Positions 46,991 to 55,971 of a stretch of DNA of 64,000 nt are shown here, in pieces. Under the pieces are notes generated by a model. It ran no database searches and was not told the origin of the DNA. It worked only from the letters and a program-made list of their open reading frames with translations. Numbering within the stretch: the first letter of the stretch is position 1; every line of letters begins with the position of its first letter. Location of the stretch: positions 1 to 64,000 of the forward strand of contig JBIKLZ010000002.1 of NCBI GenBank assembly GCA_044359535.1. Reading direction: 5' to 3'. The position numbers were made by a program, and so were the translations under genes. The DNA is from Chlamydiia bacterium (GTDB lineage Bacteria > Chlamydiota > Chlamydiia > Chlamydiales > 2-12-FULL-49-11).

Positions 46991-47831
46991 TATTGATGGT
47001 AAAGTGTGAGAAAATTGCACTTTCAACCGATCCTGAAAAGTGAAATATCGTTCCATAAAGAATTGAACCTATAAAGCAGGCGGCTAAGAAGGGGATATTT
47101 AGACTAAAAAAGAGTTGAGTAGATGTAAAAAGAAGAGAGACAACTAAAATAGCTAGAATGGGGGCTGCTTTATTTGATAGATTCTTTGTGATCTCATTTT
47201 GTAAAAAACCTCTATAAAATACCTCTTCTGGAATGACAACAAAAAAAAGATGTATGACAAGCCAATAAAGGGTTATAGAAGGAAATTTTACATCTAGTTC
47301 CACTAAATGACTAAATTTTGAAAAACCAAGGAGGATAAATGCGCTAAAAGCTATCCAGGGGATGCAGATAAGGAGGGTATGTTTCCACTGCTCTTTGGTT
47401 TTTAGAACCTGAATGTATAAACCAAGGATCAAAATAGCAAGAGAGGCTCTATCAAAATTAAGATAGATATTCATTGGAACAGAGGATGAGCCAAAAGTGA
47501 TTTCTTTAAACAGCAAAAGATTATGAAAACCACCAATCATATGGGTCATCAATCCTACCCCAATAATAGCAATTGTCATTGAAGAAAAAAGATGGACAAA
47601 CCTTTTTAAATTAAACTTTAAAAAAACAAGGGCAATGAGAAGAAGGGTAATAGGGAAAAGGGATGGATAGGTGACTATCCCTCCGTAGTATCCAAAGACG
47701 TAGCTTACTATGTATAAAGGGATGAAAAGGGCGTACTTAGGAACTACCCAGCAGCTTACTAGTGTGCATAAAAGAAAGAAGTATGAGGCAAAAGCAAGGG
47801 GGTTAGAAAAGAGTATAGATAGTGTGCTCAT
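46950..47831 (-). CDS. CPBP-family (CAAX/Abi) intramembrane protease-like protein
   Basis: Multi-TM; PEEVFYRGFLQ and HFTIN motifs; the FxxxH motif appears as FTSTQ. Confidence 0.85.
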   Translation of the reverse strand: MSTLSILFSNPLAFASYFFLLCTLVSCWVVPKYALFIPLYIVSYVFGYYGGIVTYPSLFPITLLLIALVFLKFNLKRFVHLFSSMTIAIIGVGLMTHMIGGFHNLLLFKEITFGSSSVPMNIYLNFDRASLAILILGLYIQVLKTKEQWKHTLLICIPWIAFSAFILLGFSKFSHLVELDVKFPSITLYWLVIHLFFVVIPEEVFYRGFLQNEITKNLSNKAAPILAILVVSLLFTSTQLFFSLNIPFLAACFIGSILYGTIFHFSGSVESAIFSHFTINIIHFFFFSYPFHN

Positions 47832-47853
47832 AATGTCAATATAGGGTTCTATC

Positions 47854-48813
47854 TTATTTCTGTAAAGGGTGTTCTAAATAATGTAATATTTCTTTAAGGA
47901 TCCTTTGATTGTGATATTCCCAAGAAAAAAGCTGTACAGTTTCAGACTGATTAAAAGTAATAATCGCATCAATATAGGTCATGTAGGTTTTTTCATCCAT
48001 TGTAGCAAGAAATGTGTGAAGCTCCTCTAAGGTACTAAAATTTCTTGCATCAATAAAGGTCTCTTTAGGAATAAGATCTGTGATTTTTGAGGAGCCTAAG
48101 TAAATAGGGACACATAGATTATTAAAAGATTCAAAAATTTTTTCAGAAATATAATAGTGATCATTTAACCAATTTTCATAGCAAATATTGAATTTATGCT
48201 CTTTAAAAACAGTGGTTTTATCCTCTGCCATCCCTTTAAATATTGGATCAAACCCCCTTTCCCAACCCCGTTTTCCATATAAAGAAAAACAGGAGGGGTG
48301 ATATTTTCTATAGAATTTGCAAATTTTTTTTCTTGAAGAGTATAGTTCTTTGGGATGGCTTCTTGTTAAGTGTGAATTGACCATACAGAGAAGTTTTCTT
48401 TCCGAAAACGGGAGAAGATCAAAAGATGTAAAATCTGTTTTATGATCGCAAGGATAGTAAAATTTTTTTATTTTTTCACCCACAGATAGATCATGGTTCC
48501 ATGTAAAAATAGATAAGTACTCTTTGTACTCATCAAAATATTCATGACTTTTTACTATCACAGGGGGTTCAAAGGTAGAAATAATTGTTTTGTATCTATA
48601 ATCCTTTAAGAAGGGTTTTATGTTACAACTCACAAGTAGGTCATAGGCATCAAAATCGCCATCCTTCCAGATCAAATCCACTTTGTGACCAAGGGGAGTA
48701 AGGTGTGCTTCAAGGAAAGGTTTGATATAAGGGGCCTTATGGGTCCACCCTAAAACACCTACATTTGCTCCAAAAAGAGATAGGGAGGAAAAAAGATAAA
48801 GGATATATTTCAT
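47854..48813 (-). CDS. Glycosyltransferase family 10 (alpha-1,3-fucosyltransferase-like), paralog 2
   Basis: HKFNICYEN...YISEKI......VPIYLG; signal-like N-terminus. Confidence 0.88.
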   Translation of the reverse strand: MKYILYLFSSLSLFGANVGVLGWTHKAPYIKPFLEAHLTPLGHKVDLIWKDGDFDAYDLLVSCNIKPFLKDYRYKTIISTFEPPVIVKSHEYFDEYKEYLSIFTWNHDLSVGEKIKKFYYPCDHKTDFTSFDLLPFSERKLLCMVNSHLTRSHPKELYSSRKKICKFYRKYHPSCFSLYGKRGWERGFDPIFKGMAEDKTTVFKEHKFNICYENWLNDHYYISEKIFESFNNLCVPIYLGSSKITDLIPKETFIDARNFSTLEELHTFLATMDEKTYMTYIDAIITFNQSETVQLFSWEYHNQRILKEILHYLEHPLQK

Positions 48814-49796
48814 TTTCTTTTTTCCAAAAGACTTTCATTCACAACTTTAGAAACACTTTCAATGTAGTGTTCTAAACGGAAAAGTGCGCTTGCAGGAGAT
48901 CTATCAAACGCTTCTATTGCTTTAATGTATTCCATCCATCTTTCTTCACTCATTGTGTCAATATAGGTATGAAGCTCTTCAATTGAATTAAAACTTCTAG
49001 CATCTATAAAGGTCTCTTTTGGGATGTAATCTGTGATTTTTGATGACCCGTAATAAATAGGGACACACCGATTTTGCAAACAGTGAAGGATTTTTTCAGA
49101 AATATAGTGGAAATCATTATCCCAATTTTCGTAACAATAACAGAATTTATGGTCTCTTAAAATAGCGTGTTTGTTATCACAGCGCCCCTTATAGATAGAA
49201 AGTTTGCATTTTTCCCACCCTCTACTTCCGTACAAGTTCAATTTTTCTGGAAAATTAGAAGTGTAAAACTCAGCAATGCGCCTTCTTTCAGTGTAAAGTT
49301 CTTTTGGATCTTTAAACACATCGGCAAGATACCCACTTATAAGACAGGCAAATGAACGGTCATTGAAAGGTTTATATTCGGGATATACCCCTTGATAATG
49401 GGGAAAAAAGCCTTTAAAAAATTTTTTACCATCATAGAGGTCGTGATTCCATGTAAATACTTTATAATAGGAAGCTAGGTAGGAAGGGTTTGAAAATCTT
49501 TTTATTACAGGGCGAGGTTCAGTTACAAAAAGGATTGTTTTTTGTTTAATTTTTGCCGAAAAATTAATATCTAAAATGGTAAGTAATAGATCGTAGGTGT
49601 CTAAGGTTTTGTTAGATGAGGGGTCAAAATAGACCATTTCTGCTTGATGACCCTGTTCTTGAAATCGTTTGATCAGTTCATTTGGGTGTTCAAAAGCAGT
49701 ATTAAAAGGGGCCTGTTTTAAGCAAATTAAGCCGATTTTTCCAGAAAATAGAGATGAAAGGGGCAATAGGCAAATGAGTAAAAATTTAAATTTCAT
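48810..49796 (-). CDS. Glycosyltransferase family 10 (alpha-1,3-fucosyltransferase-like), paralog 1
   Basis: HKFCYCYEN...YISEKI......VPIYYG; signal-like N-terminus. Confidence 0.88.
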   Translation of the reverse strand: MKFKFLLICLLPLSSLFSGKIGLICLKQAPFNTAFEHPNELIKRFQEQGHQAEMVYFDPSSNKTLDTYDLLLTILDINFSAKIKQKTILFVTEPRPVIKRFSNPSYLASYYKVFTWNHDLYDGKKFFKGFFPHYQGVYPEYKPFNDRSFACLISGYLADVFKDPKELYTERRRIAEFYTSNFPEKLNLYGSRGWEKCKLSIYKGRCDNKHAILRDHKFCYCYENWDNDFHYISEKILHCLQNRCVPIYYGSSKITDYIPKETFIDARSFNSIEELHTYIDTMSEERWMEYIKAIEAFDRSPASALFRLEHYIESVSKVVNESLLEKRK

Positions 49797-49984
49797 CTTA
49801 GTTCCTTGTAGAAAGAATGAAACAATACCAAAAATGGAGAATTTTTTTAAAGAAAAAAATGAGACCAGAGATCTTATATGAAAATAAAAAATTTTTTATT
49901 ATATTCTTTATTTCATTTTTTTGTTAAAATAGTTTCATCATTAAAATAATATGAGGGGAATCATGAGCTTTAGTGTAAATAATA

Positions 49985-51148
49985 ATGCAGGGGTTGTTGG
50001 AGCATTTCAAGTCGAAAAACAACCAGTTTATCCTACAGGATAAAGATGGTGATGGAACATTAAGTAGGGTACAAGCAATTGGACAAAAGATGTTGGCCCC
50101 TTCAGAAAATGATGAGGGTGCACAAGTTAAATATTTGAAATATTTGGCAAAGGGGGGATCGTTTGATCCCACTACAGTGGAAAAAAAAGATAGGGAAAAC
50201 ATATTTAAAGCTATTTTTATTAGCGGTTTAACCGCTATAATTGGTGATGCACAACTAAGTGACTATCAAAAGCACTCTTGTGTGCATGAGTATTTTCAAC
50301 AGCAGTATGCAAAAGATAAAGAGATTTTTAAATGCCTTAGAGAAGGTGGAGAATTGTTGAAAGAGGTTGTTTCTCTATGTCACACTGAAAAGTGTGATGC
50401 TAACCTTTTTTTTAAAAATAGCAAGTCATGCTTGTCACTAATCTCTTTTCTTGATGAGCGGATTCAAAATTATAATAGGTCTTTATTCCCCAGTTTCATC
50501 TATTGTCCAGAATTTATAGAGGCCTTCCTCGCAAGTAGATTTGCAAGTCATATTTCTCATGCCTTTTTTACTCAAGCATCGATAGACTTTGTTTCACAAG
50601 TGATTAGAAAATGGAAGATAGAGGACGTTGTTGAAGTGGGTTGTGGATCTGGGTATTTAGGGTGGCAGATTGAATTTCTTATAAAGGAGATAAGTAAACA
50701 ATCAAAGGGGATGTGTTATCCGTTTCCTTATGCAGGCTATGAACTGCAATCTTATAGAGGAAGTGTAATTAGTGATTATTTAGAGCGGAGCATTATAAAA
50801 AATAAGGATCCTAAAGATTTTTCATATTTAAAGCAATGGGTCAAATATGGGCCAACAACCCTTTTTCTCTCTTATGTTCAACCTGAGTCTTCCGAGTGCA
50901 CAATGGGTGTGGATGCATTAACTACCTACTGTAGATTCTGTAAAGAATATGGGAAATTACCTACGTTATTCCTTATTTCAGATGGTGATTTGACCGATGG
51001 CCCGCAATTTAGAACAATTTTAGCCACATATTTTAAAAAGATATCTGGATGTTCCATGAAAGGGCACATCGGAGCAGAGAGCCCTGTCATTGAATTTTAT
51101 GAGGGAAGAAAAGGCGCTTTTGATACAACTCATGGGTGTTTTTTATAA
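49985..51148 (+). CDS. Hypothetical protein with a class I SAM-methyltransferase-like C-domain (5' end possibly frameshifted; SD-led ATG at 49963)
   Basis: Motif I VVEVGCGSGYLG followed by strands YAGYE, TLFLSY, LFLISDG. Confidence 0.6.
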   Translation: MQGLLEHFKSKNNQFILQDKDGDGTLSRVQAIGQKMLAPSENDEGAQVKYLKYLAKGGSFDPTTVEKKDRENIFKAIFISGLTAIIGDAQLSDYQKHSCVHEYFQQQYAKDKEIFKCLREGGELLKEVVSLCHTEKCDANLFFKNSKSCLSLISFLDERIQNYNRSLFPSFIYCPEFIEAFLASRFASHISHAFFTQASIDFVSQVIRKWKIEDVVEVGCGSGYLGWQIEFLIKEISKQSKGMCYPFPYAGYELQSYRGSVISDYLERSIIKNKDPKDFSYLKQWVKYGPTTLFLSYVQPESSECTMGVDALTTYCRFCKEYGKLPTLFLISDGDLTDGPQFRTILATYFKKISGCSMKGHIGAESPVIEFYEGRKGAFDTTHGCFL

Positions 51149-51210
51149 AGGGCCGTCTCTTTTAACAAAAAGCTTGGAAAAATTTAAGGAATTTGTATGG
51201 TTAGGCTTCT

Positions 51211-51693
51211 ATGAAGAAGCCTTTTATTGATGAGCCTACCTATGTTGAAGATGAAAGGGGTTATTTTCATCAGGTGATTGAGAACAGTGTTATGGAAATT
51301 GCCCAAGTAAATCACTCATTTTCAGTCAAAGGGGTGTTACGGGGGATGCATTTTCAAAAAGGGCAAGAAAAGTATGTCTATTGCCCCATAGGGGAAATTT
51401 TCGACGTTATTGTTGATATAAACCCTGAATCTGAGACATTTATGCAGTGGACCGCAACCATTCTTTCCGGGAAAAATCGTAAAAAGCTTTTTATTCCGGA
51501 ACATTACGCCCATGGATTTTATACCCTTTCTGACACAGCTCATGTAGTTTATGCAGTATCAACAAGGTATAATCCTAAAAAAGAGGGTTTGTTTAATGCC
51601 TTTGACGTGGATGTAAATATACAGTGGCCAGAAAAAAATGTTATCAGATCGTTTAAAGACAAAAAGGCCCCTTCATTTAAAGAGGGGATCTAA
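51211..51693 (+). CDS. rfbC: dTDP-4-dehydrorhamnose 3,5-epimerase
   Basis: DERGYF, QVNHSFS, GVLRGMHFQ, AHGF. Confidence 0.94.
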   Translation: MKKPFIDEPTYVEDERGYFHQVIENSVMEIAQVNHSFSVKGVLRGMHFQKGQEKYVYCPIGEIFDVIVDINPESETFMQWTATILSGKNRKKLFIPEHYAHGFYTLSDTAHVVYAVSTRYNPKKEGLFNAFDVDVNIQWPEKNVIRSFKDKKAPSFKEGI

Positions 51694-52557
51694 ATGCTTG
51701 TCTGGGTTGTTGGGAAAAATGGCCTTGTTGGACAAAGTGTGATGAACGCTTTATTCGATGCTGTGGGCTCTTTAAGAAGTCAGGCAGATGTCACGGATCC
51801 TAAGGCTTTAGAGGAGTTTTATAAAGAGTATAAACCGACCCATATTATCAATTGCTCAGCAATTGTTCATGTCGATAAGGTAGAGCATGAATATGCCAAC
51901 CTTGCTAAAAAGATCAATGTGGATGGGGTTGAAAATCTAGCAAAGGTAGCAAAAAAAAACCGCGCAAAACTCATTCACATCAGTACAGATTATGTCTTTG
52001 ATGGGGAAAAAGAAGAGGCTTATAGTGAAGAGGATCAAAAAAAAGCGGTAAATGTCTATGGACAAACAAAGCTTCTTGGGGAGCAAAGGCTTTTTGATAT
52101 CCTCCCTTCAGCTGTGTGTGTCCGCACTGCAAGTGTCTATGGATATGGAAAAGATGGCCTTATTGAGTCGATGAAACACTATTTGGAGGAAAACAAAAGG
52201 TGCCTATCTCCCATTGATCAAGTCTCTACTCCAACATGTAGTGAGGATCTTGCAACCGCTATTTTATCTCTTTTAGATAAAGAGGGGGTATTTCATTTTG
52301 TAAACAAAGGATTTTGTTCCCGTTTTGAACTGTTAACCTTTATAAAAGAGCTTATGGACACATATCAGCTCCCTTATGCCTGCACCCATATTGAACCTGT
52401 ACTTCAAAAAGACCTAAAAAGGGCGGCCCTTCGACCTTGTCGCTCTGTGTTATCGACAAAAAAGATAGAAGAGGTTTTAAAGGGACCTATTCGATCATGG
52501 CAGGAGGGGGTAGAAGAGTATTTTGCCCGTCGATGGGGGAAGGGTACAAGAAAATGA
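51694..52557 (+). CDS. rfbD: dTDP-4-dehydrorhamnose reductase
   Basis: GKNGLVG, HISTDYVFDG, YGQTKLLGE, DQ..TPT, RP..SVL. Confidence 0.93.
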   Translation: MLVWVVGKNGLVGQSVMNALFDAVGSLRSQADVTDPKALEEFYKEYKPTHIINCSAIVHVDKVEHEYANLAKKINVDGVENLAKVAKKNRAKLIHISTDYVFDGEKEEAYSEEDQKKAVNVYGQTKLLGEQRLFDILPSAVCVRTASVYGYGKDGLIESMKHYLEENKRCLSPIDQVSTPTCSEDLATAILSLLDKEGVFHFVNKGFCSRFELLTFIKELMDTYQLPYACTHIEPVLQKDLKRAALRPCRSVLSTKKIEEVLKGPIRSWQEGVEEYFARRWGKGTRK

Positions 52558-53510
52558 AGATCTTAGTTACTGGGGGCTATGGCTTTATGGGCTCAGACTT
52601 TATTCGATGTCTTTTAGAAGGATCGGATTGGGAAATTGTTAACATAGACCTTTTAACCTACGCAGGGAATAAAAACAATCTTTTACAGAGCCCCCGTCTT
52701 CAATCCTATATTAGAGATATTTGTGATAAGGATTTTCTAGAAAGGTTGTTTGCCACCCACTCTTTTGATGCTGTGGTTCATTTTGCCGCTGAAACTCATG
52801 TAGATAGAAGTATTGAAAACCCACTCCCTTTTATCCATTCAAATATTTTGGGGACCATCCATTTACTTCAAATCCAACAAAAGTATCCAAAAACACATTT
52901 TCATTATATTTCAACCGATGAGGTTTATGGGGATCTTTCAGATTCAGAACCAAGCTTTACTTTAGATGCCCCTTTCCATCCAAGCTCCCCATATGCAGCC
53001 TCTAAAGCTTCTGCAGATCTGTTTTGTCAAGCCTATAGAAGAACCTATGGAGCAAGTGTGACTATTTCTAGATCCGGTAATAACTTTGGCCCCTATCAAA
53101 ATCAGGAGAAATTAATCCCTTCGATGACGATTAAAGCGTTGGCAGGAGAAGATTTAACCCTTTATGGAGATGGAAAGAATAAAAGGGATTGGTTGTTTGT
53201 TAGGGATCACTCTATAGCTATTATGAAGATTCTTAAGAGAAGGGCATTTGGTGAGATCTATCATATTGGAAGTGGCTATGAAAGGACTAACATTGAAGTA
53301 TGTGAAGCCATTTGTGAAGAAATCTTTAGGCAAACAGGGAAAAGGTCAGAAAGTAAGATCACTTTTATCCAAGATCGAAAGGGTCACGATCGTAGGTACA
53401 GTTTAGAGGTAAAAAAGACTCAAGAAATCCTTGATTTTTCTCCTAAAGTAGCATTTAATGAGGGAATCAAGTATGTTGTATCTTCACTTTTACACAAGAG
53501 CCAGCTGTGA
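52554..53510 (+). CDS. rfbB: dTDP-glucose 4,6-dehydratase
   Basis: VTGGYGFMGS, HFAAETHVDRSI, STDEVYG, PSSPYAASKA, DRKGHDRRY. Start reassigned to ATG 52554. Confidence 0.95.
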   Translation: MKILVTGGYGFMGSDFIRCLLEGSDWEIVNIDLLTYAGNKNNLLQSPRLQSYIRDICDKDFLERLFATHSFDAVVHFAAETHVDRSIENPLPFIHSNILGTIHLLQIQQKYPKTHFHYISTDEVYGDLSDSEPSFTLDAPFHPSSPYAASKASADLFCQAYRRTYGASVTISRSGNNFGPYQNQEKLIPSMTIKALAGEDLTLYGDGKNKRDWLFVRDHSIAIMKILKRRAFGEIYHIGSGYERTNIEVCEAICEEIFRQTGKRSESKITFIQDRKGHDRRYSLEVKKTQEILDFSPKVAFNEGIKYVVSSLLHKSQL

Positions 53511-54229
53511 AGATTGTTTGTATCATCCCTGCAAGAGTTAACTCCCAAAGATTTCATAAAAAGATCTTTGCTCAACTGGGGGACAAAACCCTCCTTGGAA
53601 CCACAATTGAGGCTGCAAAAAAAGTCTCCCTTTTTGATGAGGTCATTGTGGCAGGATGCAGTCAAGAAGTGGTCGATCTTGCCCATGCCCATGGGGTTAA
53701 AGGGGTTATTACCGATCCTTTACTTCCAAATGGCACTTTAAGGATGATTGCAGCCATAGAAACCCTTGGGATAACAGCCGAGTATTTTGTCAATTGGCAG
53801 GCGGATGAACCCTTTATCAATGAAGAGGTGATAATGAGTTTGATGAGCGGGGTAGGCAACTGCGATATTTGGACTTTAAAAAAGGAAATTGATAAAAAAG
53901 AGGGGGAGGAGCCCTCTGTTGTAAAAGTTGTCACTGATATAGAAGGAAAAGCTCTATACTTTTCCCGATCTTTAATCCCTTATGAAAGGGGGGATGGGGC
54001 TAAGTACTTTAAACATATTGGGTTGTATGCATTTACAAAAAGTGCCCTAGAAAGGATAAAAGGGCTAGAAAAATCTTTTTTGGAAGGGGTTGAAGTGCTA
54101 GAGCAGCTTCGGTGGTTAGAGCATGGTTTAACAATCAAATTGTCAGTCACTTATGAGAATTTGATGGGGATTGACACAGAAAAAGACCTTTTTGTTGCAC
54201 ATACTTTTAAATCAACGATAAATAGTTGA
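53507..54229 (+). CDS. kdsB: 3-deoxy-manno-octulosonate cytidylyltransferase
   Basis: IIPAR..S.RF..K, NWQADEP, VKVV, ALYFSRS.IP, KHIGLY, LEQLRWLE. Confidence 0.95.
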   Translation: MKIVCIIPARVNSQRFHKKIFAQLGDKTLLGTTIEAAKKVSLFDEVIVAGCSQEVVDLAHAHGVKGVITDPLLPNGTLRMIAAIETLGITAEYFVNWQADEPFINEEVIMSLMSGVGNCDIWTLKKEIDKKEGEEPSVVKVVTDIEGKALYFSRSLIPYERGDGAKYFKHIGLYAFTKSALERIKGLEKSFLEGVEVLEQLRWLEHGLTIKLSVTYENLMGIDTEKDLFVAHTFKSTINS

Positions 54230-54280
54230 AGTGTAAAGCTTATTTATTTACAATGTTAGCAAAGAATAAAGGATTTTTTT

Positions 54281-55096
54281 ATGCATGAGCTTTCCGCTTA
54301 TTTTTTTTGTAAAATTATAGTCCCTGTTACCCAAGAGGACACCGATCCTGATTCTCAATTATTAGCACCTAATCAATTTAGGTATCCAGTACCAAACGGT
54401 AAAAAGTTATTTCAGATTACAGCAGAAACTCCACGCACTTGTAAAAAAGACTTATCCATAGCAAAGATTTGTGGGGAGCTTTTTCTTTATAAGCATGATT
54501 CAAATTCTGTAAAAGGGAGGGTTACTCACTGGGGGCATTCTTTTGTATTAGCTTTTTATAGCGTTGTCCATAATCTTTTTATAAAGTGTATAAAGGTGCT
54601 GTTTATTAAATTCTTTTCTTTAGTAGGGGTACAATTTAAGCCCATTGTAAAGGAGAATGCAGATAGAATGTGGAAAGCAGGCTCTCCGTGGAAAGCGCTT
54701 CTTGTGATCATCCCTCAAATGATACTGGGAATTTTTGGTTTTTTAAGTTGCGGCTTTTTATCGGTAAGGATAAATAGATGTATCAATTTCTTAGAACGTT
54801 GGTCGTTAGGTATGACTCATAAAGACTTAAAGGATTTATCTTTACGGAAACGGGTAATGTGTTATGATGTCATGCTCCCTTGTCATATGCCTTGGGTAGC
54901 TTTAAAAGAGAATGAGGTTATATTGGGAGCATTTAATCAAAAGCAACAGCAGCCTATTGGAATCAGCTTAACAAGGGATGTTGAAGAAGGATTGATTAGG
55001 AGCTATCTGTGGCAGTTTATGGATGACAAGTATAAGATTAATAAATCTGTACCGCAAGAAGATATTTGTTTGGATGTAAATGCTTTAAGGGGGTAG
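54281..55096 (+). CDS. Hypothetical membrane protein (paralog A)
   Basis: Promoter TTGAAG-17-TACAAT and SD AGGA; shares WG...HN.F.KCI.VL...DRMWK.G.PWKAL with the next gene. Confidence 0.72.
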   Translation: MHELSAYFFCKIIVPVTQEDTDPDSQLLAPNQFRYPVPNGKKLFQITAETPRTCKKDLSIAKICGELFLYKHDSNSVKGRVTHWGHSFVLAFYSVVHNLFIKCIKVLFIKFFSLVGVQFKPIVKENADRMWKAGSPWKALLVIIPQMILGIFGFLSCGFLSVRINRCINFLERWSLGMTHKDLKDLSLRKRVMCYDVMLPCHMPWVALKENEVILGAFNQKQQQPIGISLTRDVEEGLIRSYLWQFMDDKYKINKSVPQEDICLDVNALRG

Positions 55097-55101
55097 GGAA
55101 A

Positions 55102-55926
55102 ATGATAGAAAGCACAGTTAATGTTTCTATCTATACACAAACTTGTCGCAACGCAATTAGGGGAACATCTGCTGCATATAATAAAGATTTTTATAAAAAG
55201 GAGCTTGAAGAAAAACCATTAGAAGAATGGGAATGTGTTTTTGTCTCTTCAAAAAATCAAGAAGATAACTATATTTACGGCGTTAGAAAGTTGTTAGATG
55301 AGCCTGCAGAAGGACAAAATAGCACTCATTTAATTCTAGCAACGCGTACTTTTGAAGGGCGTCAATATCTATATGCACCTTCAAATCGTAAGGACTTTTT
55401 TATTGAGTGGGGTAAAGGGTTAGGTATGCTTTTCAGCAATATCTTTCATAATATTTTTTTTAAATGTATTGGAGTCTTAGTTTGTAAATTTCTTATTGTC
55501 TCTGGAGTAGGGTTTAAAAAATCGTTTTGTGAAGAAGTCGATAGGATGTGGAAAGAGGGGACACCATGGAAAGCATTAATTGCCCTAGTGGTTCAGATTG
55601 GATTAAATTGTTTGTCCTTCATTTCATTTGGATTCTTAAGTAGAGAGCTCAATAGAATCTCGGGGTATGTGGAGTTAAAGACATTAGGGGATCAATGTTC
55701 GCAAAAAACCTATACAAGTAGAATAAAAGTGGGATGGTATGCAGCCCCTTGTGAATCCCCCCGCGCTATTTTATCTGAGGGGATATCAATAAAACCAAAT
55801 GAGACGGTTAATATAAAAGAAATTGTTTCTCCTGATCAGCTTCGTTATTTTGTTCAAGCGATGTTGCACCCAGAGTATAAAAAAAGTATTCCCAAAGACT
55901 ACGTCAACTTTCCTAAGGTTAAATAA
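55102..55926 (+). CDS. Hypothetical membrane protein (paralog B)
   Basis: ATG 55102 after AGGGA; same conserved block as paralog A. Confidence 0.72.
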   Translation: MIESTVNVSIYTQTCRNAIRGTSAAYNKDFYKKELEEKPLEEWECVFVSSKNQEDNYIYGVRKLLDEPAEGQNSTHLILATRTFEGRQYLYAPSNRKDFFIEWGKGLGMLFSNIFHNIFFKCIGVLVCKFLIVSGVGFKKSFCEEVDRMWKEGTPWKALIALVVQIGLNCLSFISFGFLSRELNRISGYVELKTLGDQCSQKTYTSRIKVGWYAAPCESPRAILSEGISIKPNETVNIKEIVSPDQLRYFVQAMLHPEYKKSIPKDYVNFPKVK

Positions 55927-55971
55927 TTTTTAGAGTTGAGGGTTATCTAAAGAACCTCTACAATAGGAATC

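Noticed and set aside
45242-47831. Nuclease-like RAP gene plus Abi-named CPBP gene as an anti-phage or toxin-immunity system
   Set aside because: The genes are convergent with separate promoters, the Abi label of CPBP proteins does not imply abortive infection, and there is no defence-island context.
16959-50043. Both out-of-frame SD-led ORFs are exactly 26 codons, suggesting a shared recoding mechanism
   Set aside because: They need opposite shifts (-1 versus +1) and share no sequence or slippery motif; treated as coincidence.
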